A stretch of DNA of 64,000 bases from Ruminococcus sp. (GTDB lineage Bacteria; Bacillota; Clostridia; Oscillospirales; Ruminococcaceae). Each line of letters opens with the position of its first letter. Position 1 is the first letter of the stretch. Below are positions 1 through 10,072 of the stretch, in pieces. A program made the position numbers and the translations under genes. The stretch lies in the NCBI RefSeq assembly GCF_017519145.1, contig NZ_JAFWTA010000021.1. One strand, given 5' to 3'. The notes beneath the pieces are model-generated. The model did no database searches, had not been told where the DNA came from, and saw only the letters and a list, made by a program, of their open reading frames with translations.

Positions 1-1
1 C

Positions 2-313
2 GAATACTTTCAGGAGCTGCTCCGGGAGGACTACCTCTTTCACGGCAGGATACGCTTCGAGATAGGCAGCATCTACCTGAAAGCCGAACAGGGCGAAAAT
101 GCCCTCAAATGGTTCACAGAATCCATCGCACACCACGAAAAGACCGCAGACTCTCTCGGAGGCGCTGCCCTCGCCAATGTCATGATAGGCAACTGCGAGG
201 AGGGCGAGCGCTGCTTCCGACAGGCTCTGGTAAACAATATAAGCGACCCTGTGGAGTTCACAGCCTTCTTCAAGGAGATGCTGGAATCCGCAAAACGAAG
301 CGCAGACAAATAA
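2..313 (+). CDS. 3' end of a helical-repeat (TPR-like) protein; the 5' end lies outside the window
   Basis: The frame is open from the window edge to TAA at 311-313. The translation ...GSIYLKAEQGENALKWFTESIAHHEK...MIGNCEEGERCFRQAL looks like TPR hairpins. It is absent from the ORF track because it has no start codon in the window. Confidence 0.4.
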   Translation, partial: EYFQELLREDYLFHGRIRFEIGSIYLKAEQGENALKWFTESIAHHEKTADSLGGAALANVMIGNCEEGERCFRQALVNNISDPVEFTAFFKEMLESAKRSADK

Positions 314-332
314 CAGTGAAAGGAGAAAAGCT

Positions 333-1940
333 GTGTACAAGGCACTCTACCGCAAATGGCGCCCACTCACCTTTGATGACGTCATCTCTCAGGAATACAC
401 TACGGAAGCCCTGAAAAATCAGATAATCAGCGGAAAGACTGCCCACGCATACCTTTTCACGGGTTCAAGAGGCACGGGTAAGACCACCTGCGCCCGTATC
501 CTTGCAAAAGCAGTGAACTGCCGCAATATGAAGGACGGCAATCCCTGCCTTGAATGTGACATCTGCCGTGACGCCGACAGCGGCGCACTTACCGATATAG
601 TGGAGATCGATGCCGCTTCCAACAACGGCGTGGACAATATCCGCGACCTCCGCGACGCCGCAGTTTATACTCCCGAGCGCGGAGCCTACAAGATATACAT
701 TATAGATGAGGTGCATATGCTCTCTCAGGGAGCCTTCAATGCCCTCCTTAAAATAATGGAGGAGCCCCCTCCCTATGTGAAGTTCATCCTCGCTACCACC
801 GAGATACACAAGGTGCCTGCGACCATAGTCTCACGCTGCCAGCGCTACGATTTCCGCAGGATAAAGGCAGAGGACATCGCTAAAAGGATAAGCTATATCG
901 CTCAGCAGGAGGAGCTTAACCTCACCGAGGACGGCGCCGCCATGATAGCAAAGCTTGCCGACGGCGGTATGCGTGACGCTGTTTCGCTTCTGGACCAGTG
1001 CTCCGTATGCGCCGAGGTCATTAACGCCGAGTCCGTATCCGCTGCCGCAGGTATCGCAGGCAGGGACTACCTATATGATATGCTGGACGCCGTTTCCGAC
1101 TCCGATGCCCCCAAGGCTCTGGGAGTTACGGCAGCCCTATACGATATGTCAAAGGACCTGACAAGGCTCTGTGAGGAGCTTATCACCCAGCTCCGCAACG
1201 TCATGCTCATAAAGGCTTCCCCCGATACCGCGGAAAAGCTCATTGTGTGTATGCCCGACGAGCTTGAGCGGCTGAGAGCCCTTGCGGAAAAGACCGACCT
1301 CCCCACCGTTATGGACAGACTGTCCGCACTTCAGGAGTGCCGCGAGCGTATGCAGAGAGCCATGAACAAGCGCGTGGAGTTCGAGATGGCACTGATAAAG
1401 CTGTGCTCGGGTCCCGCAAAAACCGTTCAGGGTATTGACAATTCAGAAATATATGATAAAATAAAACAGTTGGAGGACAAGATAGCTTCCGCACCGAGAG
1501 CCGCCGCAGGTCAGGCTCCCGAGCAGTCCGAGGTCCTTGAGGCAAGTGCCGCACCCTCAGATGAGAAGATAGTCCCCACTATTGATATCAAGAAGCTCAA
1601 ACCCGAGGATATCGTTAATTGTGAACGCTGGGGAGAGATACTTGAGGAGTTCAAGAACATCAATCCTGCCGTTGCGGGAAGCCTTGACGGCTCCTTCGCA
1701 GGCACAGCAGGAAACTACATCTTTATCAAAGTCAAAAACCGCTTTTTCATGGATCTGTTCAAGGTCAAAGAGAACGCAAATTCCCTTGAAATAGCAATAG
1801 CAAAGGTGCTCGGCCAGCGATATATAATGAAGGCAAGCTGTGCTACCACCGTCAACGAGCAGAAAAACCTCGCCGAGAGCATCATCAAAAAGGCTATGGA
1901 GAGCAAGATAGAGACAGCTGTGGAAAAGGAAAACGCTTAA
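333..1940 (+). CDS. dnaX: DNA polymerase III subunit gamma/tau
   Basis: N-terminus MYKALYRKWRPLTFDDVISQE, Walker A GSRGTGKTT, zinc module CLECDICR, and DEVHML plus SRCQRYDF (sensor) motifs. It sits in the conserved dnaX-ybaB-recR order. Confidence 0.95.
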   Translation: MYKALYRKWRPLTFDDVISQEYTTEALKNQIISGKTAHAYLFTGSRGTGKTTCARILAKAVNCRNMKDGNPCLECDICRDADSGALTDIVEIDAASNNGVDNIRDLRDAAVYTPERGAYKIYIIDEVHMLSQGAFNALLKIMEEPPPYVKFILATTEIHKVPATIVSRCQRYDFRRIKAEDIAKRISYIAQQEELNLTEDGAAMIAKLADGGMRDAVSLLDQCSVCAEVINAESVSAAAGIAGRDYLYDMLDAVSDSDAPKALGVTAALYDMSKDLTRLCEELITQLRNVMLIKASPDTAEKLIVCMPDELERLRALAEKTDLPTVMDRLSALQECRERMQRAMNKRVEFEMALIKLCSGPAKTVQGIDNSEIYDKIKQLEDKIASAPRAAAGQAPEQSEVLEASAAPSDEKIVPTIDIKKLKPEDIVNCERWGEILEEFKNINPAVAGSLDGSFAGTAGNYIFIKVKNRFFMDLFKVKENANSLEIAIAKVLGQRYIMKASCATTVNEQKNLAESIIKKAMESKIETAVEKENA

Positions 1941-1999
1941 AAGCAAATACCATTTGCTTTATATAAATATGAAATCAAATTTTCAAAGGAGAATTTAAA

Positions 2000-2350
2000 A
2001 TGAAAGCAAGAATACCAAGGAACGTAAACGGCGGCGGCGCCCAGAATATGAACCAGATGATCAAGCAGGCTCAGAAGATGCAGGATCAGATCACAGAGCT
2101 TCAGGAGGACATCGAGGCAAGAGAGTTCTCTGCAACCGCAGGCGGCGGTGCTGTTGAGGTAACCATCTCAGGCAAGAAGACCATCAAGTCCCTCACACTC
2201 AAGCCCGAGGTAGTTGACCCCGAGGACATCGATATGCTTCAGGATCTCATCATCAGCGCTGTCAACGAGGCTATCAACAATGTTGAGAACACAACAGAGA
2301 CAGAGATGAGCAAGATCACAGGCGGAGTTTCTCTCCCCGGTCTTTTCTGA
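2000..2350 (+). CDS. ybaB: YbaB/EbfC family nucleoid-associated protein
   Basis: 116 aa, with the MIKQAQKMQDQITELQEDIE...VEVTISGKKTIKSLTLKPEVVDPEDIDMLQDLI signature. RBS AAGGAG upstream. It lies between dnaX and recR. Confidence 0.9.
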   Translation: MKARIPRNVNGGGAQNMNQMIKQAQKMQDQITELQEDIEAREFSATAGGGAVEVTISGKKTIKSLTLKPEVVDPEDIDMLQDLIISAVNEAINNVENTTETEMSKITGGVSLPGLF

Positions 2351-2356
2351 TAGATA

Positions 2357-2959
2357 ATGGCAGATCATAACGCGCTCCCGCTGGTCATACTGGCTGAGAA
2401 GTTCGCTTCTCTCCCCGGTATCGGCATGAAGTCCGCACAGAGGCTGGCTTATCACGTCATGTCAATGGACGAGGAAGCCGTGGAGGACTTCGCAAAGGCG
2501 CTTATCGACGCAAAGAAGAATGTTCACTGCTGCAAGTGCTGCCAGAATCTGACGGAAAGGGATATTTGCCCTATCTGCGACGATCCCCAGCGCGACAGGA
2601 GCGTTATCTGCGTGGTCGAGAACCCCAAGGACGTAACTGCCTTTGAGCGCACAAGAGAATACGGAGGAGTATATCATGTGCTCCACGGTCTCCTGTCACC
2701 AATGGACGGCATAACCCCTGACAAGCTCCGCGTAAAGGAGCTCCTTGCAAGGATAGCCGAGGGCGGTGTCGAGGAGGTCATCATGGCGACGAACCCCACT
2801 GTTGAGGGCGACGCCACCGCAATGTATATAGCAGGTCTGCTGAAGCCCATGGGCATAAAGGTGACCCGTCTTGCATTCGGACTTCCCGTAGGCGGTATTC
2901 TGGAATACGCCGATGAGGTGACGCTTTTCAAGGCGCTCGAAAACAGGAATGATATGTAA
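2357..2959 (+). CDS. recR: recombination protein RecR
   Basis: LPGIGMKSAQRLAYH helix-hairpin-helix, C4 zinc finger CCKCCQNLTERDICPIC, and Toprim segment VICVVENPKDV. Confidence 0.95.
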   Translation: MADHNALPLVILAEKFASLPGIGMKSAQRLAYHVMSMDEEAVEDFAKALIDAKKNVHCCKCCQNLTERDICPICDDPQRDRSVICVVENPKDVTAFERTREYGGVYHVLHGLLSPMDGITPDKLRVKELLARIAEGGVEEVIMATNPTVEGDATAMYIAGLLKPMGIKVTRLAFGLPVGGILEYADEVTLFKALENRNDM

Positions 2960-2988
2960 AAAACGGGCTTAATGCCCGTTTTTTTCTG
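2959..2988 (+). terminator. Rho-independent terminator after recR
   Basis: AAACGGGC-ttaat-GCCCGTTTTTTT hairpin followed by a T-run. Confidence 0.7.
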
Positions 2989-2999
2989 AGTATTTTGTT

Positions 3000-3485
3000 T
3001 TAAAGCGGCTTTCTCTCAAAGAGCAGCACAGGATAGCCCTCGTAGTAGGGCTTGACTATCTCGGGATGGAGGTCGGCATAGGCGAAGATGGTATCCGCCA
3101 GCCCCTCCTTCAGAAAGTCCACAAGCTGAGAAAGAGGTCTGTGATATAGCTCGTCGCAGATGGACGCAAAGGTTATGGCGCGTCTGCCCCCTACCTCCAT
3201 TATGCGGTAAGGCCAGATACGGCAGTCAAAGGGCTTGTCATCACCCAGCATACAGCCATTTTCCGTAAGTGCGGGACATGAGAACAGCTCATCCCCTTTC
3301 AGCTCGCCAACTCTGAATATGTAGCCCCCGTCCTTGGTGACGAACTCGGTCTGCGGACGGGCTGCCTTTATCCTCTCGCAGAGCTCCGCGGTGAAAATGG
3401 GAGTCTCCCAGACGTCATAGCGGTCGAATATACAGCACAGGCGGCACTTCGCACAGGCTTCGCCGCTGAGTATCTTTTTCAGCAT
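3000..3485 (-). CDS. YkgJ-family (CxxCxxCC) putative Zn/Fe-S cluster protein
   Basis: CAKCRLCC motif near the N-terminus plus further Cys residues (FSCPAL, NGCML, FDCRIW). Start moved to the ATG at 3485, preceded by AAGGAGAAGGAG. Confidence 0.65.
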   Translation of the reverse strand: MLKKILSGEACAKCRLCCIFDRYDVWETPIFTAELCERIKAARPQTEFVTKDGGYIFRVGELKGDELFSCPALTENGCMLGDDKPFDCRIWPYRIMEVGGRRAITFASICDELYHRPLSQLVDFLKEGLADTIFAYADLHPEIVKPYYEGYPVLLFERKPL

Positions 3486-3510
3486 GGCTCCTTCTCCTTT
3501 CATCAATAAA

Positions 3511-3537
3511 AAAGGGGCATTTCCGCAATGCCCCTTT
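3511..3537 (-). terminator. Strong hairpin terminator, minus-strand sense, with an A-run on the other side
   Basis: AAAGGGGCAT-ttccgca-ATGCCCCTTT. On the minus strand it is followed by TTTTTTATT. It lies only about 25 nt upstream of the ykgJ-like start. Confidence 0.65.
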
Positions 3538-3542
3538 CCCGA

Positions 3543-3749
3543 TCACTTCTTGATCTTCTCAACGATATCCTCGACCTTGTCCTTGACCTTTTCGAGGTTC
3601 TCCTTGGTAGCCACCTTGCCGACTACATCCTTTACCTTGTCGATGTTTTCCTTTGTAGCGACTTTGGAAATTGTCTTCTCGATCTTCTCGTCGGGGAGGT
3701 CGATGCCTGTTTTCTTTTCAACTGCTTCTACTGCTTTTTTGATCTCCAT
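3543..3749 (-). CDS. small Lys/Glu-rich protein (68 aa) with an internal repeat
   Basis: Starts MEIKKAVEAVEKK. Duplicated segment KVATKENIDKVKDVVGKVATKENLEKVKDKV. No family recognised. Confidence 0.45.
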   Translation of the reverse strand: MEIKKAVEAVEKKTGIDLPDEKIEKTISKVATKENIDKVKDVVGKVATKENLEKVKDKVEDIVEKIKK

Positions 3750-3992
3750 AGGGGGATACCTTCTTTCGTAAAAATTTGTACTTATATTATACCACATCGG
3801 GCAGGAAAAATCAATATCTTTTTGCACTTTTGCTCACGCACCCGAAAAACTGCCGAAAAACAGGCAATTGCAACTGCCGTGCGACAAATTGTAAAGCGCG
3901 GTTGCTTGTATGTAACCACCGGAAATGATAGAATAAGACCATAGCCCACGGGAAATATCTCCCGAGGAGATCTTACAACGGAGGAAATAAAT

Positions 3993-4967
3993 ATGATACT
4001 TGCAGACAAGATAATCGAACTCAGAAAAAGGTCCGGTATGTCACAGGAGGAGCTGGCTGAGAAGCTTGGTGTCAGCCGCCAGTCTGTTTCAAAGTGGGAG
4101 GGCGCACAGTCCACTCCCGATATAAACCGCATACTTCAGCTCTCTGAGATATTCAGTGTGAGCACAGATACATTACTTAAAGATGAGGAAGATCTCCCCA
4201 CAGGAGCAGCTCCGACTGCTGAGCCCTCGGTTGAGACCGAGCCCCCTCTCAGAAAGGTATCCATGGAGGAGGCAAACAGCTTCCTCGCCGTAAACAAAAA
4301 ACGCTCTGTCCTCACGCCTCTTGGTGTTGCCCTGTGCATACTCGGCGCGGTTCCCACAATTCTCATCGAGTGTTTTGACAAAACGGAAAAGCTGGCTGAT
4401 ATGCTGGGAGCTCCCCTGCTTTTCATAATGGTCGCCATAGGCGTTGCCCTGTTTATTATCTCGGGACAGAAAATGAAGCCCTATGACTACCTCAGCAAAG
4501 AGGGCATCGACACGGAATACGGAGTTTCGGGCATGGCAGGCGACAAAAGGGCAAAATACGCGCCAAAGCACACCATATTCATCGTTATTGGCGTAATACT
4601 GCTCATCCTCTCCTTTATCCCCACCATCATCATCGACGCCGCATTCCCCGACAGCAGCGCTGCCGACTCCGTTTCGGGAGCACTGTTCTTCGGCATGGTG
4701 GCTCTGGGAGTCGCTTTGCTCACCCACACAGGCATTATCATGGGCGGCTATAAGAAGCTCCTTGAGGAGGAGGATTTCTCCCGCGAAAAGAAGCAGCACA
4801 GAGGCTTTACCTCACCTGCTATGATGATATACTGGTGTGTGATCACAGCCATATATCTGGGCTGGAGCTTCCTCGCCGACGCATGGCGCATCTCATGGAT
4901 AGTATGGGTGCTGGGAGCTGTGCTCTGTCCCGTGGTCGCCATCCTGTTCAGAAATAAGGACGAATAA
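3993..4967 (+). CDS. XRE-family HTH regulator fused to a multi-pass membrane domain
   Basis: N-terminal [45 protein letters not shown] (HTH_3) followed by at least 5 hydrophobic helices. RBS GGAGGA. Confidence 0.8.
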   Translation: MILADKIIELRKRSGMSQEELAEKLGVSRQSVSKWEGAQSTPDINRILQLSEIFSVSTDTLLKDEEDLPTGAAPTAEPSVETEPPLRKVSMEEANSFLAVNKKRSVLTPLGVALCILGAVPTILIECFDKTEKLADMLGAPLLFIMVAIGVALFIISGQKMKPYDYLSKEGIDTEYGVSGMAGDKRAKYAPKHTIFIVIGVILLILSFIPTIIIDAAFPDSSAADSVSGALFFGMVALGVALLTHTGIIMGGYKKLLEEEDFSREKKQHRGFTSPAMMIYWCVITAIYLGWSFLADAWRISWIVWVLGAVLCPVVAILFRNKDE

Positions 4968-5019
4968 TTGACAGTTCCCCTCTTTCGTGGTATAATCAGC
5001 ACAAAGGAGGGGAATTTCC

Positions 5020-5790
5020 ATGAAAAAATACGAAGACCAGCCCATGAACTACGACGAAAACGGTCTGTATCCCGACGAAAAGCCCGAGGACAGCAAAAGA
5101 TTCAGGGTATTGGATAAGATCTCAGGCATTCTTGTGCTTATGCTTTTTGCAGTCGCCGTTATATATATATTTGTGATGGGAAGCCGCAGCGGAGAGCAGT
5201 ACAAAGCCATATACGCATTTTTCGCCCTTTTCGGCGGCATCGGATTCATCGTCATTCTCACAGACCTTATCAAGGGGGAGAAGCTTCAGTCGGGCGCTTT
5301 CGTGGCGTTAGCCATTGGTATTGCAGGCTTCGTTTGTACCCGTATGGTGCTGACAGGCGGCGACAACATGAAAATGAAGCTGGTAAAGCTGTTCGCTTGC
5401 GGTATACCGCTGTTTTTCGCCTGTCTTGGCGCATACCACGCCTCAGCGGGCATAAAGCACGCCCTTGTATCAAAGGATAACTGCACAGTCAGTGTTTCCG
5501 CGGTCTGCAAGAGCGTCACCACCGAGACCACTTCCACCAATAACAGGATAACCAGCATAAAGTACCGTCCTACCTACGAATACACCTATGAGGACAAGAC
5601 CTACACCGCTGCAGGCGGACGCACATCCTGTCTCCGCGTCATCGGCGATACTTACGACGTATTCATAGACCCCGAAAAACCCACTCTGATATCCGACCCG
5701 GAAGCCGAAAAGGAGTCCTTGGGCGGTGCCCTGCTCCGTGCTTTGTTCCTTGTGGGAGGTCCCCTTGCGCTGATGGCGCTGTTCATATAA
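5020..5790 (+). CDS. membrane protein with a C-terminal DUF3592-like domain
   Basis: Four predicted TM helices, then ...IKYRPTYEYTYEDKTYTAAGGRTSCLRVIGDTYDVFIDPEKPTLISDP, which is the typical DUF3592 pattern. Confidence 0.55.
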   Translation: MKKYEDQPMNYDENGLYPDEKPEDSKRFRVLDKISGILVLMLFAVAVIYIFVMGSRSGEQYKAIYAFFALFGGIGFIVILTDLIKGEKLQSGAFVALAIGIAGFVCTRMVLTGGDNMKMKLVKLFACGIPLFFACLGAYHASAGIKHALVSKDNCTVSVSAVCKSVTTETTSTNNRITSIKYRPTYEYTYEDKTYTAAGGRTSCLRVIGDTYDVFIDPEKPTLISDPEAEKESLGGALLRALFLVGGPLALMALFI

Positions 5791-5876
5791 GCTTTTAATA
5801 AGGCAGGAATATAATACCATATATCGGACAATAATAAAAAGGCAGTTCCTTTGCGGAACTGCCTTTGGTGTTTTTA

Positions 5877-7085
5877 TCAGAGTTTGTTCTTCTCTTCCTC
5901 GATGAGCTTGAGGAGGTCGTCAACGGACATATCCGCAGCCTTCTTCTTGCGTTCATTGTGCTCGGTCTTGCTGATGATATCGGAGATATCGGGAGTACTG
6001 CTCTTTCTGGGCGCCTTGGGAGCCGCTGCTGAAGGAGCGGACTGGCTTCTCAGAGGAGTTGTCTTGGGAACGTCGTTTCTCGACATCTCTGCAAGCTGGC
6101 TCTTTGAGAGGATTCCTGTGTTATCGCTTACGGGCTCGGAAGCCTGCTGAGGAGTGCTTGTAGTCTTGATATTGAATGTGCCTGTGCGCTCAGCCTCAGC
6201 TGTCTTGCGGAGCATTTCCTCTCTGAGGGCGTCGGCTGTGGGAGCTGTAGAGGACGAACCGCCGAGGTTTCTTGCGGCGAATGTGCTCTCAGCGCTGCGC
6301 TGTGCCTTGAACTGCATGGTGCGCTCCTTCTCCTTCTGGTAGGGAGAATCGGGGTTTACCTTCTTCTGGCTGAAGTTCTCGGCAATGGACATCTTCTTGC
6401 GCTCAAGCTCGTTGCTGGGCTGAATCTCCTGAGAGGGCTCAAAGAGGGGATTTGCAGTCTTGTCGTGGATATTCTTCCTGCTCTCGAAGTCTGCTCTCTC
6501 CTTTTCCTTCTCGTCGTACTCGTAAAATCCGAACTCATCATCGTCGTCATCGCCCTTTGATGAAGCGATCTTTGCAATGAGGAATATTACAAGAAGAACG
6601 CAGGGGAGAACGAGGAGTGCGAGTATACCCTTGATGCCGGAAGCAAATCTTATGAGTCCGCCGATCTCATCGCTCTGGGTGTGACCTGTGCAGAGAGCGG
6701 CGATCTTGTCCTTGGTTATGGGTTCTTCGCTGCCTACGTTGGCAGCGTCTGCGGTAACGTACTTCTCTGTGCCGTCCTCTGCGGTAACGATGTCGTAGAT
6801 GCTGAGAACGTGGAGCTTTTCGGGATCAGCAGCAGGATAGGCGAGAACAATGTCGCCCTTTGCGATGGACAGATCCTTTGCGTCGGGAGCTATGAGAGCC
6901 GCGCCTGTGGAGACATTGCTGCCCATATTGTCGGATTCCTTGACAATGTAGACGTAGTTTCCGAAGAGCTTGGGAGTCTTGCCGCCCGAGAATGCAATGT
7001 TGACGAAGATCGAGATAACGATCAGTATTATACAAAGTACGATAAGAACGAATTTAAGTACCGAGAAACGCTTTTTCTTTTCCAT
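5877..7085 (-). CDS. bitopic membrane protein with a long low-complexity acidic/Ser-Pro-rich tail
   Basis: N-terminal TM and a second TM (ILALLVLPCVLLVIFLIAKI), then DDDDDEFGFYEYDEKEKE and a disordered tail. The region between the TMs vaguely recalls the S26 signal-peptidase fold, but no SGSM catalytic motif is present. Confidence 0.5.
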   Translation of the reverse strand: MEKKKRFSVLKFVLIVLCIILIVISIFVNIAFSGGKTPKLFGNYVYIVKESDNMGSNVSTGAALIAPDAKDLSIAKGDIVLAYPAADPEKLHVLSIYDIVTAEDGTEKYVTADAANVGSEEPITKDKIAALCTGHTQSDEIGGLIRFASGIKGILALLVLPCVLLVIFLIAKIASSKGDDDDDEFGFYEYDEKEKERADFESRKNIHDKTANPLFEPSQEIQPSNELERKKMSIAENFSQKKVNPDSPYQKEKERTMQFKAQRSAESTFAARNLGGSSSTAPTADALREEMLRKTAEAERTGTFNIKTTSTPQQASEPVSDNTGILSKSQLAEMSRNDVPKTTPLRSQSAPSAAAPKAPRKSSTPDISDIISKTEHNERKKKAADMSVDDLLKLIEEEKNKL

Positions 7086-7409
7086 TAAACATCACCTTTT
7101 TCATTTTCTTTTGTTGTCTTTTTCTACACTATTTTTCTTCGCGGGTCTGTTTTTCGGGAACCGCTTTCTCTATTATATCACATATTATTACAAATTTCAA
7201 ACATTTTCTAAGTTTTATCTTTTAAAAATATAGAAAATTTTTTCAAACCAAATTTTTTCGTTTTTCTGCACAAATACAGGCTTGGTTTTCTTTCCATTTG
7301 GTCAATGTGCACAACGCAAAAACGCACCTTAGGGACACATTATACTGCTTTTTTGGCGAATTTCCGCAATATATAAATTTAGTGGACAAATATTTGTTGA
7401 AATAAGCAC

Positions 7410-7438
7410 TTGAAATATCTTATAAATCATAGTATAAT
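7410..7438 (+). promoter_or_regulatory. sigma-A type promoter for glgP
   Basis: TTGAAA, 17-nt spacer, TATAAT. Confidence 0.55.
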
Positions 7439-7559
7439 TAATGATGTATACCGCTTGTAGAATAATTTCTCCCCATTTCCCGAAAGCACGTTTGTTATAG
7501 GGAAGAGAAGTTATACAAAGGGTAATAACGCCGCTTCTGCGGCAGAATGGAGATCATAT

Positions 7560-9968
7560 ATGGCTACAAAAAAAGCAAACCCTCTCATGGACAGGATCAA
7601 GGAAGAGTTCCCGAGAAAACTTCAGCTTTTGTACAGCGTTTCTCCCGAGGAAGCTTCGGACAAACAGGTTTACCATGTTCTTTCCTCGATAATCGTGGAA
7701 ATTCTTGGTGCTAAGAGGCAGAGCTTCATCAATCACACCCACTCGGTGGGCGGTAAGCAGATCTACTACCTTTCAATGGAGTTCCTCATGGGACGCTCCC
7801 TCAAAACAAGCATCTACAATCTCGAGCTTGCTGACGGCATAAAGTCTATGCTGAAGCAGTATGACATCAATCTCGATAAGATATACGAAAATGAGCCCGA
7901 TGCAGGTCTGGGCAACGGCGGTCTTGGAAGACTTGCCGCCTGCTACCTTGACGGTCTTGCTACCATGGGCTTCCCCGCAATGGGCTACTCTATCTGCTAT
8001 GAGTACGGCATATTCCAGCAGAAGCTGGAGGACGGCTGGCAGACAGAGCTCCCCGACAACTGGCTCCCCGGCGGCTCGGTATGGCTGGTACCCAAGCCCG
8101 AGCTCTCCATCGACGTCCACTTTGAGGGCGACCTTCAGGAGTACTGGGACAATCAGTATCACTACATCTCTCATGTGAACTACAATACCGTTGTGGCTAC
8201 ACCCTACGATATGTACGTTTCGGGCTACGGCTCAGAGGGCGTTTCCGTGCTCCGTCTGTGGTCCGCAAAGGCGCCCAACTTCGATATGGAAATGTTCAAC
8301 AAGGGCAACTATGAGAGCGCTCTTGCCCAGAACTCCATCGCAAACGCCATCTCGAAGATACTCTACCCCAACGACAACCATCTTGAGGGCAAGAGCCTCC
8401 GTCTGCGCCAGCAGTACTTCCTCTGCGCAGCTTCCATCGGCGACATCGTAAACACCCACATGAACGTTTACGGCACCCTTGAAAACTTAGCCGACAAGGT
8501 GGCTATCCACATCAACGACACTCACCCCACTCTGGCTATCCCCGAGCTCATGCGCATACTCCTCGACGACTGCGGATACAGCTGGGAGAAGTCATGGGAT
8601 ATCGTAACAAAGACCTTTGCCTATACCAACCACACAGTTATGGCTGAGGCTCTGGAGAAGTGGGACGTTAACCTCGTAAAGTCTGTTATCCCGAGAATTT
8701 TCTCCATCATCGTTGAGATAAACAACCGCTACTGCGCTTCCCTCATGGAGAGAAACGGCGGCGACAGCGCAAAGACTACCCGTATGTCCATCATCAAGGA
8801 CAACCAGATACACATGGCAACACTCTGCGTTGCGGCTTCACACAGCGTAAACGGCGTTTCCAAGCTCCACTCGCAGATAATCAAGGACTCTGTATTCCAT
8901 GACGAGTACGAGAATACTCCCGAGAAGTTCAAGAACGTCACCAACGGCATCGCTTACAGAAGATGGCTCTATCAGTCCAATCCCGGACTTACAAAGCTCC
9001 TGAAGGACACCATCGGTCCCAAGTTCATCAAGGACGGCGCAGAGCTTGAGAATTTCCGCAAGTTCGAGAACGACGAGGAAGTCCTCACAAAGCTCATGGC
9101 AGTAAAGAAGGAGAACAAGGAAGCCTTTGCAAAATACGTCAAGAGCGAATCGGGCATCATCCTCAATACAGACAGCATCTTCGACGTTCAGGTAAAGCGT
9201 CTCCACGAATACAAGAGACAGCACCTCAATGTCATGAATATCCTTACGGATTACGCATATCTCCTCAATAACCCCGACGCTCCCTTTACTCCCAAGACCT
9301 ATATCTTCGCAGCAAAGGCAGCTCCCGGCTACTATCTGGCTAAGCAGATAATCAAGCTCATCTGGGCTATCTCCGAGGAGATAAGAAAGAATCCCAAGAT
9401 AAACCAAAAGCTCTCGGTAGTGTTCCTTGAGAATTACTGCGTAACTCTCTCAGAGCACCTCATGCCTGCTTCCGATGTTTCCGAGCAGATATCCCTTGCA
9501 GGTACAGAGGCTTCGGGTACAGGCAATATGAAGCTCATGCTCAACGGCGCAGTTACACTGGGTACTCTCGACGGTGCCAACATCGAGATAAAGGAAGCCT
9601 GCGGCGACGATAACATCGTCATCTTCGGCATGACGACTCCCGAGGTAAACGACCTCAGGGCAAGAGGCTACAATCCCTGTGAGCGCTATAACAACGACGG
9701 ACGCATACACGAGGCTATCGACCGTATGTACCACGGCATAAACGGCTGTACCTTCAACGATGTGGCAAACTCACTGAAGGACAGAGACCCCTATATGGTC
9801 CTCGCCGACTTCGACAGCTACAGAAACGCACAGCAGTATATCACAGAGTGCTACAACGATAAGCTGAAGTGGGCAAAGATGTCCCTCAACAATATCGCAG
9901 GCGCAGGGATCTTCTCGGCAGACCGCGCTGTAACGGAATATGCCGACGATATCTGGCATCTGAGATAA
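7560..9968 (+). CDS. glgP: glycogen/alpha-glucan phosphorylase
   Basis: 802 aa. PLP-lysine motif EASGTGNMKLMLNGA, GNGGLGRLAACYLD, and RLHEYKRQ. Confidence 0.95.
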   Translation: MATKKANPLMDRIKEEFPRKLQLLYSVSPEEASDKQVYHVLSSIIVEILGAKRQSFINHTHSVGGKQIYYLSMEFLMGRSLKTSIYNLELADGIKSMLKQYDINLDKIYENEPDAGLGNGGLGRLAACYLDGLATMGFPAMGYSICYEYGIFQQKLEDGWQTELPDNWLPGGSVWLVPKPELSIDVHFEGDLQEYWDNQYHYISHVNYNTVVATPYDMYVSGYGSEGVSVLRLWSAKAPNFDMEMFNKGNYESALAQNSIANAISKILYPNDNHLEGKSLRLRQQYFLCAASIGDIVNTHMNVYGTLENLADKVAIHINDTHPTLAIPELMRILLDDCGYSWEKSWDIVTKTFAYTNHTVMAEALEKWDVNLVKSVIPRIFSIIVEINNRYCASLMERNGGDSAKTTRMSIIKDNQIHMATLCVAASHSVNGVSKLHSQIIKDSVFHDEYENTPEKFKNVTNGIAYRRWLYQSNPGLTKLLKDTIGPKFIKDGAELENFRKFENDEEVLTKLMAVKKENKEAFAKYVKSESGIILNTDSIFDVQVKRLHEYKRQHLNVMNILTDYAYLLNNPDAPFTPKTYIFAAKAAPGYYLAKQIIKLIWAISEEIRKNPKINQKLSVVFLENYCVTLSEHLMPASDVSEQISLAGTEASGTGNMKLMLNGAVTLGTLDGANIEIKEACGDDNIVIFGMTTPEVNDLRARGYNPCERYNNDGRIHEAIDRMYHGINGCTFNDVANSLKDRDPYMVLADFDSYRNAQQYITECYNDKLKWAKMSLNNIAGAGIFSADRAVTEYADDIWHLR

Positions 9969-9988
9969 TAACGGCATAAAATATAATA

Positions 9989-10019
9989 AGGGGACGTTGT
10001 TTTCTTCGTCCCCTTTTTA
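9989..10019 (+). terminator. Rho-independent terminator after glgP
   Basis: AAGGGGACG-ttgttttctt-CGTCCCCTTTTT. Confidence 0.75.
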
Positions 10020-10072
10020 CCTTTTGCAGATACACCCATAAGGGATTATTGATAACGGAGTGTTTTGTTTAT

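Noticed and set aside
7440-7559. A possible catabolite-responsive element or riboswitch in the glgP leader
   Set aside because: The best cre-like stretch (CGAAAGCACGTTTG) lacks the TG/CA ends of the consensus, and no riboswitch core motifs were recognised.
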